In this document: positions 56,173 to 64,000 of the stretch, piece by piece
Layout of the letters: every line of letters begins with the position of its first letter
Numbering within the stretch: the stretch's first letter is position 1
Origin: an uncultured Ignavibacteriales bacterium
Lineage (GTDB): Bacteria; Zixibacteria; MSB-5A5; GN15; JAAZOE01
Reading direction: 5' to 3'
DNA: 64,000 bases
NCBI GenBank assembly: GCA_964549765.1
Contig: CAZJWR010000003.1
Location: forward strand, 48,975-112,974
Made by a program: the position numbers and the translations under genes
Notes under the pieces: generated by a model
What the model saw: only the letters and a program-made list of their open reading frames with translations
What the model was told of the DNA's origin: nothing
Database searches by the model: none

Positions 56173-56556
56173 TTACTTCGGTCCCGGCGCTCTCTTCTTG
56201 CCGGCCACGGTCCGTTTGGGACCTTTTCTCGTCCGGGCGTTGGTCTTGGTGCGCTGGCCTCTCACGGGCAGTCCCCGCCGGTGGCGCAGGCCCCGATACG
56301 ACCCGATATCGATGAGCCGCTTGATATTCATGGCGACTTCGCTGCGCAGGCTCCCCTCGACCTTGAACTGATTTTCGATCATGCTTCGCAGCTTGATCAC
56401 ATCCTCTTCGGTCAGTTTGTTGACCCGAATATCGGGGCTGACACCGGTTTCCTTGAGGATGCGCTTGGCCGAGGTCGGCCCGATCCCGAAAATATAGGTC
56501 AGGGCGACTTCAATCCGTTTGTCTCGTGGTAATTCCACACCAGCTATACGGGCCAC
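56173..56556 (-). CDS. rpsM: 30S ribosomal protein S13
   Basis: [26 protein letters not shown] signature. Confidence 0.97.
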   Translation of the reverse strand: MARIAGVELPRDKRIEVALTYIFGIGPTSAKRILKETGVSPDIRVNKLTEEDVIKLRSMIENQFKVEGSLRSEVAMNIKRLIDIGSYRGLRHRRGLPVRGQRTKTNARTRKGPKRTVAGKKRAPGPK

Positions 56557-56592
56557 GTACAGACCTCCTCATACAATGCTCTTGTCATCCGC

Positions 56593-56706
56593 CTAGCCCT
56601 GACGCTGCTTGTGCCGGGGGTTTTCGCAGATGATCCGCAGAACGCCGTGCCTGCGGATGATTTTACACTTGTCACATCGTTTCTTCAGTGATGCTCGCAC
56701 TTTCAT
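56593..56706 (-). CDS. rpmJ: 50S ribosomal protein L36
   Basis: Not in the ORF track (37 aa). Minus-strand translation is [37 protein letters not shown]. Sits between infA and rpsM as expected. Confidence 0.95.
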   Translation of the reverse strand: MKVRASLKKRCDKCKIIRRHGVLRIICENPRHKQRQG

Positions 56707-56723
56707 GATAGCACCTTTCCGCG

Positions 56724-56942
56724 TTACTTATGGCGATACACGATTCGTCCCCGCGTCAGATCGTATGGAGACAATTCCATGCTGACGCGGTCCCCGGGAA
56801 GAATTTTGATGAAATGCATCCGCATCTTCCCCGAAATATGCGCCAGGACCACATGCCCGTTGTCGAGCTCGACCTTGAACATCGCGTTCGGCAACGGCTC
56901 CAACACCTTACCTTCAACCTGAATGACATCTTCCTTAGCCAT
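56724..56942 (-). CDS. infA: translation initiation factor IF-1
   Basis: [30 protein letters not shown]...ISGKMR signature. 72 aa. Confidence 0.97.
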   Translation of the reverse strand: MAKEDVIQVEGKVLEPLPNAMFKVELDNGHVVLAHISGKMRMHFIKILPGDRVSMELSPYDLTRGRIVYRHK

Positions 56943-56949
56943 AGCTTCC

Positions 56950-57708
56950 TTATGCCAGCGTTAAGATCTCGGGACCATCCTTGGTGATCGCCACGGTATG
57001 TTCAAAATGCGCCGAGGGCGATCCGTCCGCCGTCACCGTCGTCCAGCCGTCGGGCTTGAACGAGATGGCGTACCCGCCGGCGTTAACCATCGGCTCGATC
57101 GCCAACACCAACCCGGTCTTCAACACCGGGCCCGTGCCGGGCGTGCCGAAATTTTGGACCTGGGGATCCTCATGCATGCGCCGTCCGATTCCGTGTCCCA
57201 CCATATCACGAACGACCGAGAACCCGTTTTGTTCCGCCGTTTTCTGGATCGCGGCCGAGATGTCGCCCAGATGATTGCCCGCGACGGCCTGCTCGATGCC
57301 GGCATCGAGCGCCCGCCGGGTAACATCCATCAGCTTCTGCTTTCCTTCGTCGATCTCTCCCACCGCATAGGTGCGGGCGCCGTCGCCGCAATAGCCGTCC
57401 TTGAACGTCCCCACGTCGATGGAGATGATTTCGCCGGCGACCAGCTTGCGCTGCGACGGTATGCCGTGCACGACGACTTCGTCGATCGAGGCACAGATCG
57501 AAGCGGGATAGGTATTACCGCCCATGCGGTATCCCTTGAAGGCGGGCGTAGCCCCACGACTGAGGATATGTTCCTCGGCCATGCGATCCAACTCCGCCGT
57601 CGTTATGCCGGGCTTGATATGCTCTTCGAGCAGGTCAAGTACCTCGGCGACGATTCGTCCCGCTTCCCGCATGATTTCGATTTCGCGCTCCGACTTATAT
57701 TCCGGCAT
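56950..57708 (-). CDS. map: type I methionine aminopeptidase
   Basis: [21 protein letters not shown]...GYCGD, GHGIGR and EPM motifs. Confidence 0.96.
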   Translation of the reverse strand: MPEYKSEREIEIMREAGRIVAEVLDLLEEHIKPGITTAELDRMAEEHILSRGATPAFKGYRMGGNTYPASICASIDEVVVHGIPSQRKLVAGEIISIDVGTFKDGYCGDGARTYAVGEIDEGKQKLMDVTRRALDAGIEQAVAGNHLGDISAAIQKTAEQNGFSVVRDMVGHGIGRRMHEDPQVQNFGTPGTGPVLKTGLVLAIEPMVNAGGYAISFKPDGWTTVTADGSPSAHFEHTVAITKDGPEILTLA

Positions 57709-57710
57709 CT

Positions 57711-58358
57711 TTACGCGACGCCCAATCCTTTCGTAATCCGAGCGAAAATTTCATCGGGCGTTCCCACGCCGGGGATCGGCAGCAGCACCGACTTGCCCCG
57801 ATAATAATCCTCGATCGGCTTGGTTTGCTTTTGGTACACCTCCAGGCGATTTTTGACCACCTCCGGTTCGTCATCAGGCCGGCGGGCCAGTTTCCCGCCG
57901 CATTTATCGCAGACGCCTTCCTGCTTGGGCATGTTGGCCGGGTAGTTATACGCCGCCTGGCATTCAGTGCAATACATCCGGCCCGAAAGGCGCTTGATTA
58001 TTTCATTGTCCTGGACATCCAGCAGGACGGCCTTGTCGATTTTGGCGCCGGCATTGGCAAACATCTCGTCCAGCGCCTCGGCCTGCGGGATGGTGCGCGG
58101 GAACCCGTCGAGAATAAACCCGTTGTTGAGTTCGCCGTCGTTCTGCTTTTCTTCTATCAATCCGATAATGACGTTATCCGGCACCAGTTCTCCGGCCTTC
58201 ATATACGATTCCGCCTTCTTGCCCAATTCGGTGCCCTGCTTCACGGCGGCGCGGAGCAGATCGCCGGTGGACAGGTGCAGAATCGACACTTTCTCGGCCA
58301 GACGGGCCGCCTGCGTTCCCTTGCCGGAACCCGGCGCGCCCAGAAAAATCAAATTCAT
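57711..58358 (-). CDS. adk: adenylate kinase (zinc-lid type)
   Basis: P-loop GAPGSGKGTQ, LDGFPRT, and lid CTECQ...CDKCG. Confidence 0.97.
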   Translation of the reverse strand: MNLIFLGAPGSGKGTQAARLAEKVSILHLSTGDLLRAAVKQGTELGKKAESYMKAGELVPDNVIIGLIEEKQNDGELNNGFILDGFPRTIPQAEALDEMFANAGAKIDKAVLLDVQDNEIIKRLSGRMYCTECQAAYNYPANMPKQEGVCDKCGGKLARRPDDEPEVVKNRLEVYQKQTKPIEDYYRGKSVLLPIPGVGTPDEIFARITKGLGVA

Positions 58359-59674
58359 CAGAACGACCTCCCGCGAATTCGCCCCTTCTTCATGAATCCG
58401 TCATAATGCCGCATCAGCAGATGCGATTCGATCTGCTGCAAAGTGTCGAGCGCGACACCGACGATAATCAGCAAACCGGTGCCGCCGAAGAAATACTGCA
58501 CGTTGAACTGCGCCACCAGCACCCACGGCAGGATGGCGATCATAGCGAAAAATATCGCGCCCGGCAGAGTGATGCGCGTCAGGATTCGTTCGATATACTC
58601 GGCGGTGCGTTTACCGGGGCGAATGCCGGGGATAAAGCCGCCGTTCTTGCGCATGTTGTCGGCCAGGTCGATCGGATTGAACACCAACGCCGTGTAGAAA
58701 TAGGCGAAAAAGATGATGATCAGGCCGTAGATAACCGAATAGACGAGTGTCCCCGGAGCCAGCCAGTAGCCGATGATATTGTTGATCCATTCCGTGTTCG
58801 GGAACAGCTGCGCCACTGTGGCGGGAGCGAACATGATCGACTGCGCAAAGATGATCGGGATGATACCGGCCGAGTTCACCGACAACGGCAGATGCGTCGT
58901 CTGCCCGCCGTAAACGCGCCGTCCAACCACTTTCTTGGGATATTGCACGGGCACCCGGCGCTGAGCGCGGGTTACGACGATGACGGCGGCGATGACAGCC
59001 AGCATCAGGGCGATCATGAGCACCTCGACGAAGATCGACCGCGTGCCGGCCAGAACCATTTGCGATTCCTCGATCACCGCCGACGGAAAGCGGGCAATAA
59101 TCCCGATGAAGATGATGAGCGAAATGCCGTTGCCGATGCCCCGTTCTGTTATCTGCTCACCCAGCCACATGATGAAGATCGTGCCGCAGGTGAAGGTCAA
59201 TATCGTTAATGGAATAAAGGTCAAACCAGGCATCGTCACCGCCGGCATTTGGTTGGGACCGATGATCGATTTCAGATATATCGAGGTGCCGTAGGCCTGC
59301 AAGGCAGCGATGAGCACCGTCAGGTACCGGCTGTATTGGGTGATCTTGCGCCGCCCCTCTTCGCCTTCTTTCTGCAGTTTCTGGATATAGGGGATGACCG
59401 CGCCCAGAAGCTGCATGATAATCGACGCCGAAATGTAGGGCATAATGCCAAGGGCAAAGATGGTCGCCTTGCGAAAGGCGCCGCCGGCGAACATGTCGAA
59501 CATGCCGAGAAGCGTTCCGGATGATCCCGAAAAGAAACTCTGCAGCACGCTGGCGTCGATGCCCGGCGTCGGGATATGGCCGCCGATGCGATAGACGACG
59601 AGAAGACTGAGGGTATAGAAAATCCGTTTTCTCAGTTCCTCGATTTTGAATACCGATTGAAACGTCCCAAACAC
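58358..59674 (-). CDS. secY: preprotein translocase subunit SecY
   Basis: ELRKRIFYTL..., 10 TM segments, and GTSLLI-type GTGLLIIVGV near the C-terminus. Canonical position after rplO. Confidence 0.97.
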   Translation of the reverse strand: MFGTFQSVFKIEELRKRIFYTLSLLVVYRIGGHIPTPGIDASVLQSFFSGSSGTLLGMFDMFAGGAFRKATIFALGIMPYISASIIMQLLGAVIPYIQKLQKEGEEGRRKITQYSRYLTVLIAALQAYGTSIYLKSIIGPNQMPAVTMPGLTFIPLTILTFTCGTIFIMWLGEQITERGIGNGISLIIFIGIIARFPSAVIEESQMVLAGTRSIFVEVLMIALMLAVIAAVIVVTRAQRRVPVQYPKKVVGRRVYGGQTTHLPLSVNSAGIIPIIFAQSIMFAPATVAQLFPNTEWINNIIGYWLAPGTLVYSVIYGLIIIFFAYFYTALVFNPIDLADNMRKNGGFIPGIRPGKRTAEYIERILTRITLPGAIFFAMIAILPWVLVAQFNVQYFFGGTGLLIIVGVALDTLQQIESHLLMRHYDGFMKKGRIRGRSF

Positions 59675-60115
59675 TTAGGCTACCTCGACCTTTCCCCCGG
59701 CCGTCTCGATCTTCTCCCGGGCCTTTTTGCTGCACGCCGTGACGACTATCGTCATGGCCGCCTCAACCTCACCCTGACCAAGAAGCTTAACCGGTTTATT
59801 CACAGTTTTGATTTTGCCGTGCTTCTTCAAAACCTCGACGGTGATCGGTTCATCCGTCGGAACGTCCTTGAGTGCAAAGAGATTGACGATCTGGTATTCC
59901 TCTTTGAAAATATTCCGAAAGCCGCGCTTGGGGAGCCGCAGATGCAACGGCATCTGGCCGCCTTCCGCCCAAGGCTGGATGGAGCCGCCGGCCCGCGCCT
60001 TCTGGCCTTTATGGCCACGAGTGGCGGTTTTGCCGTGTCCCGAACCGGGACCGCGTCCCACGCGTTTTCTTTTTTTGGTCGCTCCCGGCGCCGGTTTTAA
60101 TTTAGAAAGATCCAT
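59675..60115 (-). CDS. rplO: 50S ribosomal protein L15
   Basis: [28 protein letters not shown] signature. Start set to the ATG at 60115 (AAGGA RBS). Confidence 0.95.
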   Translation of the reverse strand: MDLSKLKPAPGATKKRKRVGRGPGSGHGKTATRGHKGQKARAGGSIQPWAEGGQMPLHLRLPKRGFRNIFKEEYQIVNLFALKDVPTDEPITVEVLKKHGKIKTVNKPVKLLGQGEVEAAMTIVVTACSKKAREKIETAGGKVEVA

Positions 60116-60146
60116 TGCTATCCTTACCGTCTTCAAGCCGTGAAAA

Positions 60147-60329
60147 TCACGCGATTTCTTCCACTTTTATCAGGTGCAGGACGGATTTGACCATCCCCCG
60201 AATAACGGGAGTGTCGTCATGAATGACCGTCTTGCGAATACGCCCCAGGCCGAGCGCCTCGATGGTGCGCCGGTGCTTGGGCAGGCGCCCGATAGTCGAA
60301 CGAACCTGGGTTATCTTGAGCTGTGCCAT
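60147..60329 (-). CDS. rpmD: 50S ribosomal protein L30
   Basis: [25 protein letters not shown] signature. 60 aa. Confidence 0.96.
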   Translation of the reverse strand: MAQLKITQVRSTIGRLPKHRRTIEALGLGRIRKTVIHDDTPVIRGMVKSVLHLIKVEEIA

Positions 60330-60339
60330 GTCGCGATTC

Positions 60340-60822
60340 CTAACCTTTTTCCAGGTAATCTTCTTCCTGCTCGCGGGTCCGCAGTTTCTTGAGGCCGTTC
60401 ATCGTCGCCTTGACGACATTATGCGGGTTCCGCGATCCCAGCGCCTTGGTCAGAACATCCTGCACGCCTGCCGCTTCCAGTACGGCTCGGACGCCGCCGC
60501 CGGCGATGACGCCGGTGCCGGGCGAGGCCGGTTTGAGAACGACGCGGGCGGCGCCGAAGATGCCGTTTACCTGATGCGGGATAGTGCCGTCTTTGATTGA
60601 CACCGAGACCATCGACCGCCGGGCCAATTCAGTGCCCTTGTGGATGGCACCTGCAACCTCGGCCGATTTGCCGAGGCCGATGCCGACGCGGCCGTTGCCG
60701 TCGCCGACGGCCACCAGCGCGGTGAAGGAAAAGCGCCGGCCGCCCTTGACCACCTTGGCGACGCGATTGATATGAATTACCTTCTCTTGAAACTCCAGGC
60801 TATCAACTTCAAATCGAGCCAA
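60340..60822 (-). CDS. rpsE: 30S ribosomal protein S5
   Basis: [33 protein letters not shown] signature. Confidence 0.97.
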   Translation of the reverse strand: MARFEVDSLEFQEKVIHINRVAKVVKGGRRFSFTALVAVGDGNGRVGIGLGKSAEVAGAIHKGTELARRSMVSVSIKDGTIPHQVNGIFGAARVVLKPASPGTGVIAGGGVRAVLEAAGVQDVLTKALGSRNPHNVVKATMNGLKKLRTREQEEDYLEKG

Positions 60823-60847
60823 CTGTCACCTCGTTCTATATAGCGTC

Positions 60848-61222
60848 CTAAAATTCCAAACCTTTTTCGCGGGCGCCCTCGGCCACCGCTCTGACCCGGC
60901 CGTGATAGCGATACCGGTTGCGGTCGAAGACCACCTTCTTGATTCCCTTTTCGATGGCCAACTCGGCGATCACCTGGCCGGCCTTTTTGGCCTTGTCGGC
61001 CTTTTTATCGCCGTCGGCGAATTTCCCGGCCATCGCCTTGGAATTCGTCGACAGCCCGACCAGCGTCACCTGATTGGTGTCATCGATGATCTGGATGAAT
61101 ATGTTCTTGAGCGACTTGGTCACGGTGAGACGGGGAATTTCCGGCGTCCCGTGAATTTTGCCGCGCACGCGCCGGTGCCGTTTGAGCGCCCGGGCTTCTT
61201 TATGTTTTGCTGTTTTTTCCAT
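60848..61222 (-). CDS. rplR: 50S ribosomal protein L18
   Basis: RHRRVRGKIHGT...RLTV..S..I..Q.IDD and YHGRV.A.A.GARE.GL.F pattern. Confidence 0.96.
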   Translation of the reverse strand: MEKTAKHKEARALKRHRRVRGKIHGTPEIPRLTVTKSLKNIFIQIIDDTNQVTLVGLSTNSKAMAGKFADGDKKADKAKKAGQVIAELAIEKGIKKVVFDRNRYRYHGRVRAVAEGAREKGLEF

Positions 61223-61240
61223 TTCCCATGCTCCACGACG

Positions 61241-61780
61241 TTAGGCCGCCGTCTTGCCCGCCTTTCTGCGGATATGCTCGCCTTTGTACTTGATTCCCTT
61301 GCCCTTGTACGGCTCCGGCTTGCGGATGGAACGAATGCGATCGGCGGTCAGGCCGACCAGTTCCTTGTCGATGCCGGACACGGTGATCAAACCGGCTTTG
61401 TGGTCGAAATCGATTTCAACGGTATCGGGCGGCTTGACCAAAACCGGGTGGGAATAGCCGACATAGAGGATCAGGCTCTTCCCTTTCTTCTCGCCCCGGT
61501 ATCCGACTCCGACCAGCTCCAGTTCCTTCTTGAATCCCTCGGTGACGCCCGTCACCATATTATTGATCAGGGCCCGCGTCAGACCGTGCAGGGCGCGGTG
61601 AAAGGTCTTGTCGGATGAGCGCGTGACGGTGACGGCGTCATCGGCCACGTCTATGTTGATTTCCGGATGGAATGTCTTTACCAGTTTTCCCTTCGGCCCC
61701 TCGACGGTAAGTTCCCTTCCCGAGAGGGCGATTTTCACCCCTTGGGGAATGGGGACGGGAAGTTTTCCAACGCGCGACAT
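61241..61780 (-). CDS. rplF: 50S ribosomal protein L6
   Basis: MSRVGKLPVPIPQGVKI... and a YKGKGIKY C-terminal motif. Confidence 0.97.
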   Translation of the reverse strand: MSRVGKLPVPIPQGVKIALSGRELTVEGPKGKLVKTFHPEINIDVADDAVTVTRSSDKTFHRALHGLTRALINNMVTGVTEGFKKELELVGVGYRGEKKGKSLILYVGYSHPVLVKPPDTVEIDFDHKAGLITVSGIDKELVGLTADRIRSIRKPEPYKGKGIKYKGEHIRRKAGKTAA

Positions 61781-61793
61781 AATCAGTCACTCC

Positions 61794-62195
61794 TTACCAG
61801 ACGACGCAGACAGCTTCGCCGCCGATTTTTCTCTGCATCGCCTCTTCATTGGTCATCACGCCCGACGACGTGGACAGAATCATGATTCCCTGCCGGCCGG
61901 TGGCGTAGTGGAAGGCTTCTTCAGCCGACACATATTTGCGCAGGCCCGGCCGCGACAGTCGCCGCAGACCTCGGATAATCGGCTCGTCCTCACGGCTATA
62001 CTTGAGATACACCCGGATGATTCCCTGCTTGTTGTCGGGAAGTTCGATATAATCCCGGATGTACTTGCGGTCTTTGAGAATCCGGGCGATCTCCCGTTTC
62101 AGCTTCGAGCCCGGAATATCGACCGCCTTCATCTTCGCCTTCGAGCCGTTCCGAATCCTGGTCAGCATATCGGCTATGGGATCGGTCATTGACAT
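61794..62195 (-). CDS. rpsH: 30S ribosomal protein S8
   Basis: MTDPIADMLTRIRN signature. Confidence 0.97.
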   Translation of the reverse strand: MSMTDPIADMLTRIRNGSKAKMKAVDIPGSKLKREIARILKDRKYIRDYIELPDNKQGIIRVYLKYSREDEPIIRGLRRLSRPGLRKYVSAEEAFHYATGRQGIMILSTSSGVMTNEEAMQRKIGGEAVCVVW

Positions 62196-62241
62196 ACAGA
62201 ATACTCCTCACGAGAGCCGGCCGGCCATCGGCCGACTGCCA

Positions 62242-62427
62242 TTACCAGCTCGCCTTTCTGACGCCCGGCAGGTCACCGGCCAGGGCCAATTGTCGGAAGC
62301 AGATTCGGCAAAGGCCGAATCGCCGGATATAGCCGCGCGGCCGGCCGCATTGCCGGCACCGGTTGTAGGCGCGAACCTGAAATTTCGGTTTACGTTTTTG
62401 TTTTTCTATCAGACACTTCTTGGCCAC
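62242..62427 (-). CDS. rpsN: 30S ribosomal protein S14, type Z (zinc-ribbon)
   Basis: 61 aa: (V/M)[47 protein letters not shown] start at 62427 with AGGAG 5 nt upstream. Confidence 0.93.
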   Translation of the reverse strand: MAKKCLIEKQKRKPKFQVRAYNRCRQCGRPRGYIRRFGLCRICFRQLALAGDLPGVRKASW

Positions 62428-62429
62428 AG

Positions 62430-62975
62430 TTACTCCTCTTTTCGGAAGGGCATGCCCATCTCCCGTAACAGTTGGATGCATTCGGCATCGGTTTTGGCCG
62501 TGGTCGCGATGGCGATGGACATTCCCCGGACCTTGTCGATTTTATCGTAGTCGATTTCGGGAAAGATCAGCTGTTCCCTGATACCCAGATTGAAATTGCC
62601 GCGTCCGTCGACCGCCTTGAGCGATATGCCGCGGAAGTCACGGATGCGGGGCATGGCCACGTTCATCAGCCGATCCAAAAACTCGTACATCCGTTCTCGG
62701 CGCAAGGTCACGCTGCAGCCGATCGGCATGCCCTGACGGACCTTGAAATTGGAGATCGACTTCCGGGCCCGGTTGATTCTCGGCTGCTGGCCGGTGATAG
62801 TGCGCAGATCCTCGATGGCGGCCTCAAGCGACTTGGCGTTCTGGATCGCTTCGCCCACCCCGATATTGACCACCACTTTCTGCAGCCGCGGAACGGCCAT
62901 GACCGACGGGTATTTGTTCTCCTTCATCATCCGGGGAACAACCTCTTCGAAATATTTCTTTTTCAGGCGCGCCAT
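62430..62975 (-). CDS. rplE: 50S ribosomal protein L5
   Basis: [14 protein letters not shown]...[20 protein letters not shown] signature. Track ORF trimmed to the ATG at 62975. Confidence 0.96.
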   Translation of the reverse strand: MARLKKKYFEEVVPRMMKENKYPSVMAVPRLQKVVVNIGVGEAIQNAKSLEAAIEDLRTITGQQPRINRARKSISNFKVRQGMPIGCSVTLRRERMYEFLDRLMNVAMPRIRDFRGISLKAVDGRGNFNLGIREQLIFPEIDYDKIDKVRGMSIAIATTAKTDAECIQLLREMGMPFRKEE

Positions 62976-62988
62976 TGTACCGATATCC

Positions 62989-63312
62989 TCACAATTCCGC
63001 TCCGCACAACCGGCAGACGCGAATTTTATCCTGTGTTTTGATTCCTTTTCCTCCGACCACCCGGTGCGACACCCTCGTCGGGGAATTGCAATTGCCACAG
63101 TAAATCTTAACGTTCGACCGATGAATGGTCCCCTCTTTGGTAACAATCCCGCCCTGGGGGTTCCGCTGGGTCGGCCGGGAGTGGCGCTTTATCATGTTAA
63201 CGCCCTCGACGATCAAACGGTTGCGATCCGGGAAAACATGCAGAACCTTGGCGGTCTTGCCCTGGTCATTGCCGCTGATGATGTAGACGTTGTCGCCTTT
63301 CTTGATATTCAT
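62989..63312 (-). CDS. rplX: 50S ribosomal protein L24 (with a C-terminal Cys-containing extension)
   Basis: [26 protein letters not shown] motif. C-terminal CGNC...CRLCG. Confidence 0.95.
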   Translation of the reverse strand: MNIKKGDNVYIISGNDQGKTAKVLHVFPDRNRLIVEGVNMIKRHSRPTQRNPQGGIVTKEGTIHRSNVKIYCGNCNSPTRVSHRVVGGKGIKTQDKIRVCRLCGAEL

Positions 63313-63324
63313 GACTCCATATCC

Positions 63325-63693
63325 TCAGAGTACCTCCGGCGCCAGAGAGACGATCTTCATGAACTGTTTTTCACGAAGCTCCCTCGCCACCGGTCCGAAA
63401 ATTCGTGTGCCGCGCGGTTCCCGCGCATCGTTTATAATGACGGCGGCGTTGTCCGAAAACCGGATCAATGAACCGTCTTTACGGCGCACTTCCTTGGTCG
63501 TCCGCACGACAACCGCCTTGCAGACTTCCGATTTTTTTACCGTTCCGCCCGGAATGGCATCCTTGACGGTGCAGACGATAATATCGCCGACCCGAGCGTA
63601 CCGTTTTTTCGACCCGCCCAGGACCTTGAAACACATGACGCGTTTGGCGCCCGAGTTATCGGCGACCACCAACTGCGAATATTCCTGAATCAT
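63325..63693 (-). CDS. rplN: 50S ribosomal protein L14
   Basis: [27 protein letters not shown] signature. Track ORF trimmed to the ATG at 63693. 122 aa. Confidence 0.97.
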   Translation of the reverse strand: MIQEYSQLVVADNSGAKRVMCFKVLGGSKKRYARVGDIIVCTVKDAIPGGTVKKSEVCKAVVVRTTKEVRRKDGSLIRFSDNAAVIINDAREPRGTRIFGPVARELREKQFMKIVSLAPEVL

Positions 63694-63718
63694 CGTTGCC
63701 TCTCCCAGTACCGGCCGG

Positions 63719-63976
63719 TTACTTGGCCTTCTCCATGATCTCAACCAGCCGCCACCGTTTGATCTTCGAAAGCGGGCGACATTCCATGACCCGGACGGTA
63801 TCGCCGATACCGGCTTCCTGCTTCTCGTCGTGAGCGTAGAGCTTGGACTTGGTCCGGACGACGCGCTCATAGAGGGGGTGCTTAAGGGTGCGGCGCACTT
63901 CCACCACGATCGTTTTGTTCATTCGGTCGGAGACGACCGTTCCGGTTCGCACCTTTCTCTGATTTCTCTCGGCCAT
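63719..63976 (-). CDS. rpsQ: 30S ribosomal protein S17
   Basis: [21 protein letters not shown]...[16 protein letters not shown] signature. Start at the ATG at 63976. The upstream part of the operon lies outside the window. Confidence 0.95.
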   Translation of the reverse strand: MAERNQRKVRTGTVVSDRMNKTIVVEVRRTLKHPLYERVVRTKSKLYAHDEKQEAGIGDTVRVMECRPLSKIKRWRLVEIMEKAK

Positions 63977-64000
63977 TTCTGTCGGGACTCCTGTAATCAT

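Overview
The window is a gene-dense, moderately GC-rich stretch of bacterial core chromosome with almost all genes on the minus strand. No transposase, integrase, CRISPR array or obvious island boundary was seen. By inference only, T9SS-type C-terminal sorting domains, PorV-like barrels, PEGA and DUF5916-type proteins suggest an uncultivated FCB-superphylum-like lineage.

Content in order:
1. A YeiH-like transporter.
2. An atypical Hsp70 operon: hsp20, dnaK, a structured intergenic region, a truncated J/zinc-finger paralog, then dnaJ.
3. A long, translationally coupled cell-envelope operon: beta-barrel OMP, uppP, a heptosyltransferase-GmhB fusion, an orphan AmmeMemoRadiSam radical SAM enzyme, a peptidase/TolB-like/Omp85-barrel fusion, and a BamB-like lipoprotein.
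4. An NSS transporter followed by a 36-aa small-subunit ORF that the ORF track missed.
5. A coupled NurA-HerA-Mre11/SbcD cluster without Rad50, followed by a methyltransferase.
6. A sigma-54-centred envelope/exopolysaccharide locus: a sugar transferase with a -24/-12 promoter, a PEGA protein, an Fn3 lipoprotein, a polytopic membrane protein, a PrsK-like kinase, a PrsR-like enhancer-binding protein and a second NtrC-type regulator.
7. A PorV-like barrel that also has a -24/-12 promoter.
8. A GH57/TPR/M48 cluster.
9. T9SS cargo and cohesin/dockerin proteins.
10. An RRM RNA-binding protein with a long leader.
11. Three tRNAs (Arg-CCT, Pro-CGG, Pro-GGG) interspersed with housekeeping genes.
12. 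The conserved S17-to-L17 ribosomal/secY/adk/map/infA/rpoA cluster.

The best candidates for follow-up are the Rad50-less NurA-HerA-Mre11(+MTase) module, the sigma-54 circuit, and the POTRA-less Omp85 fusion with its BamB-like partner. All functional calls rest on motif recognition by eye; no database search was run.
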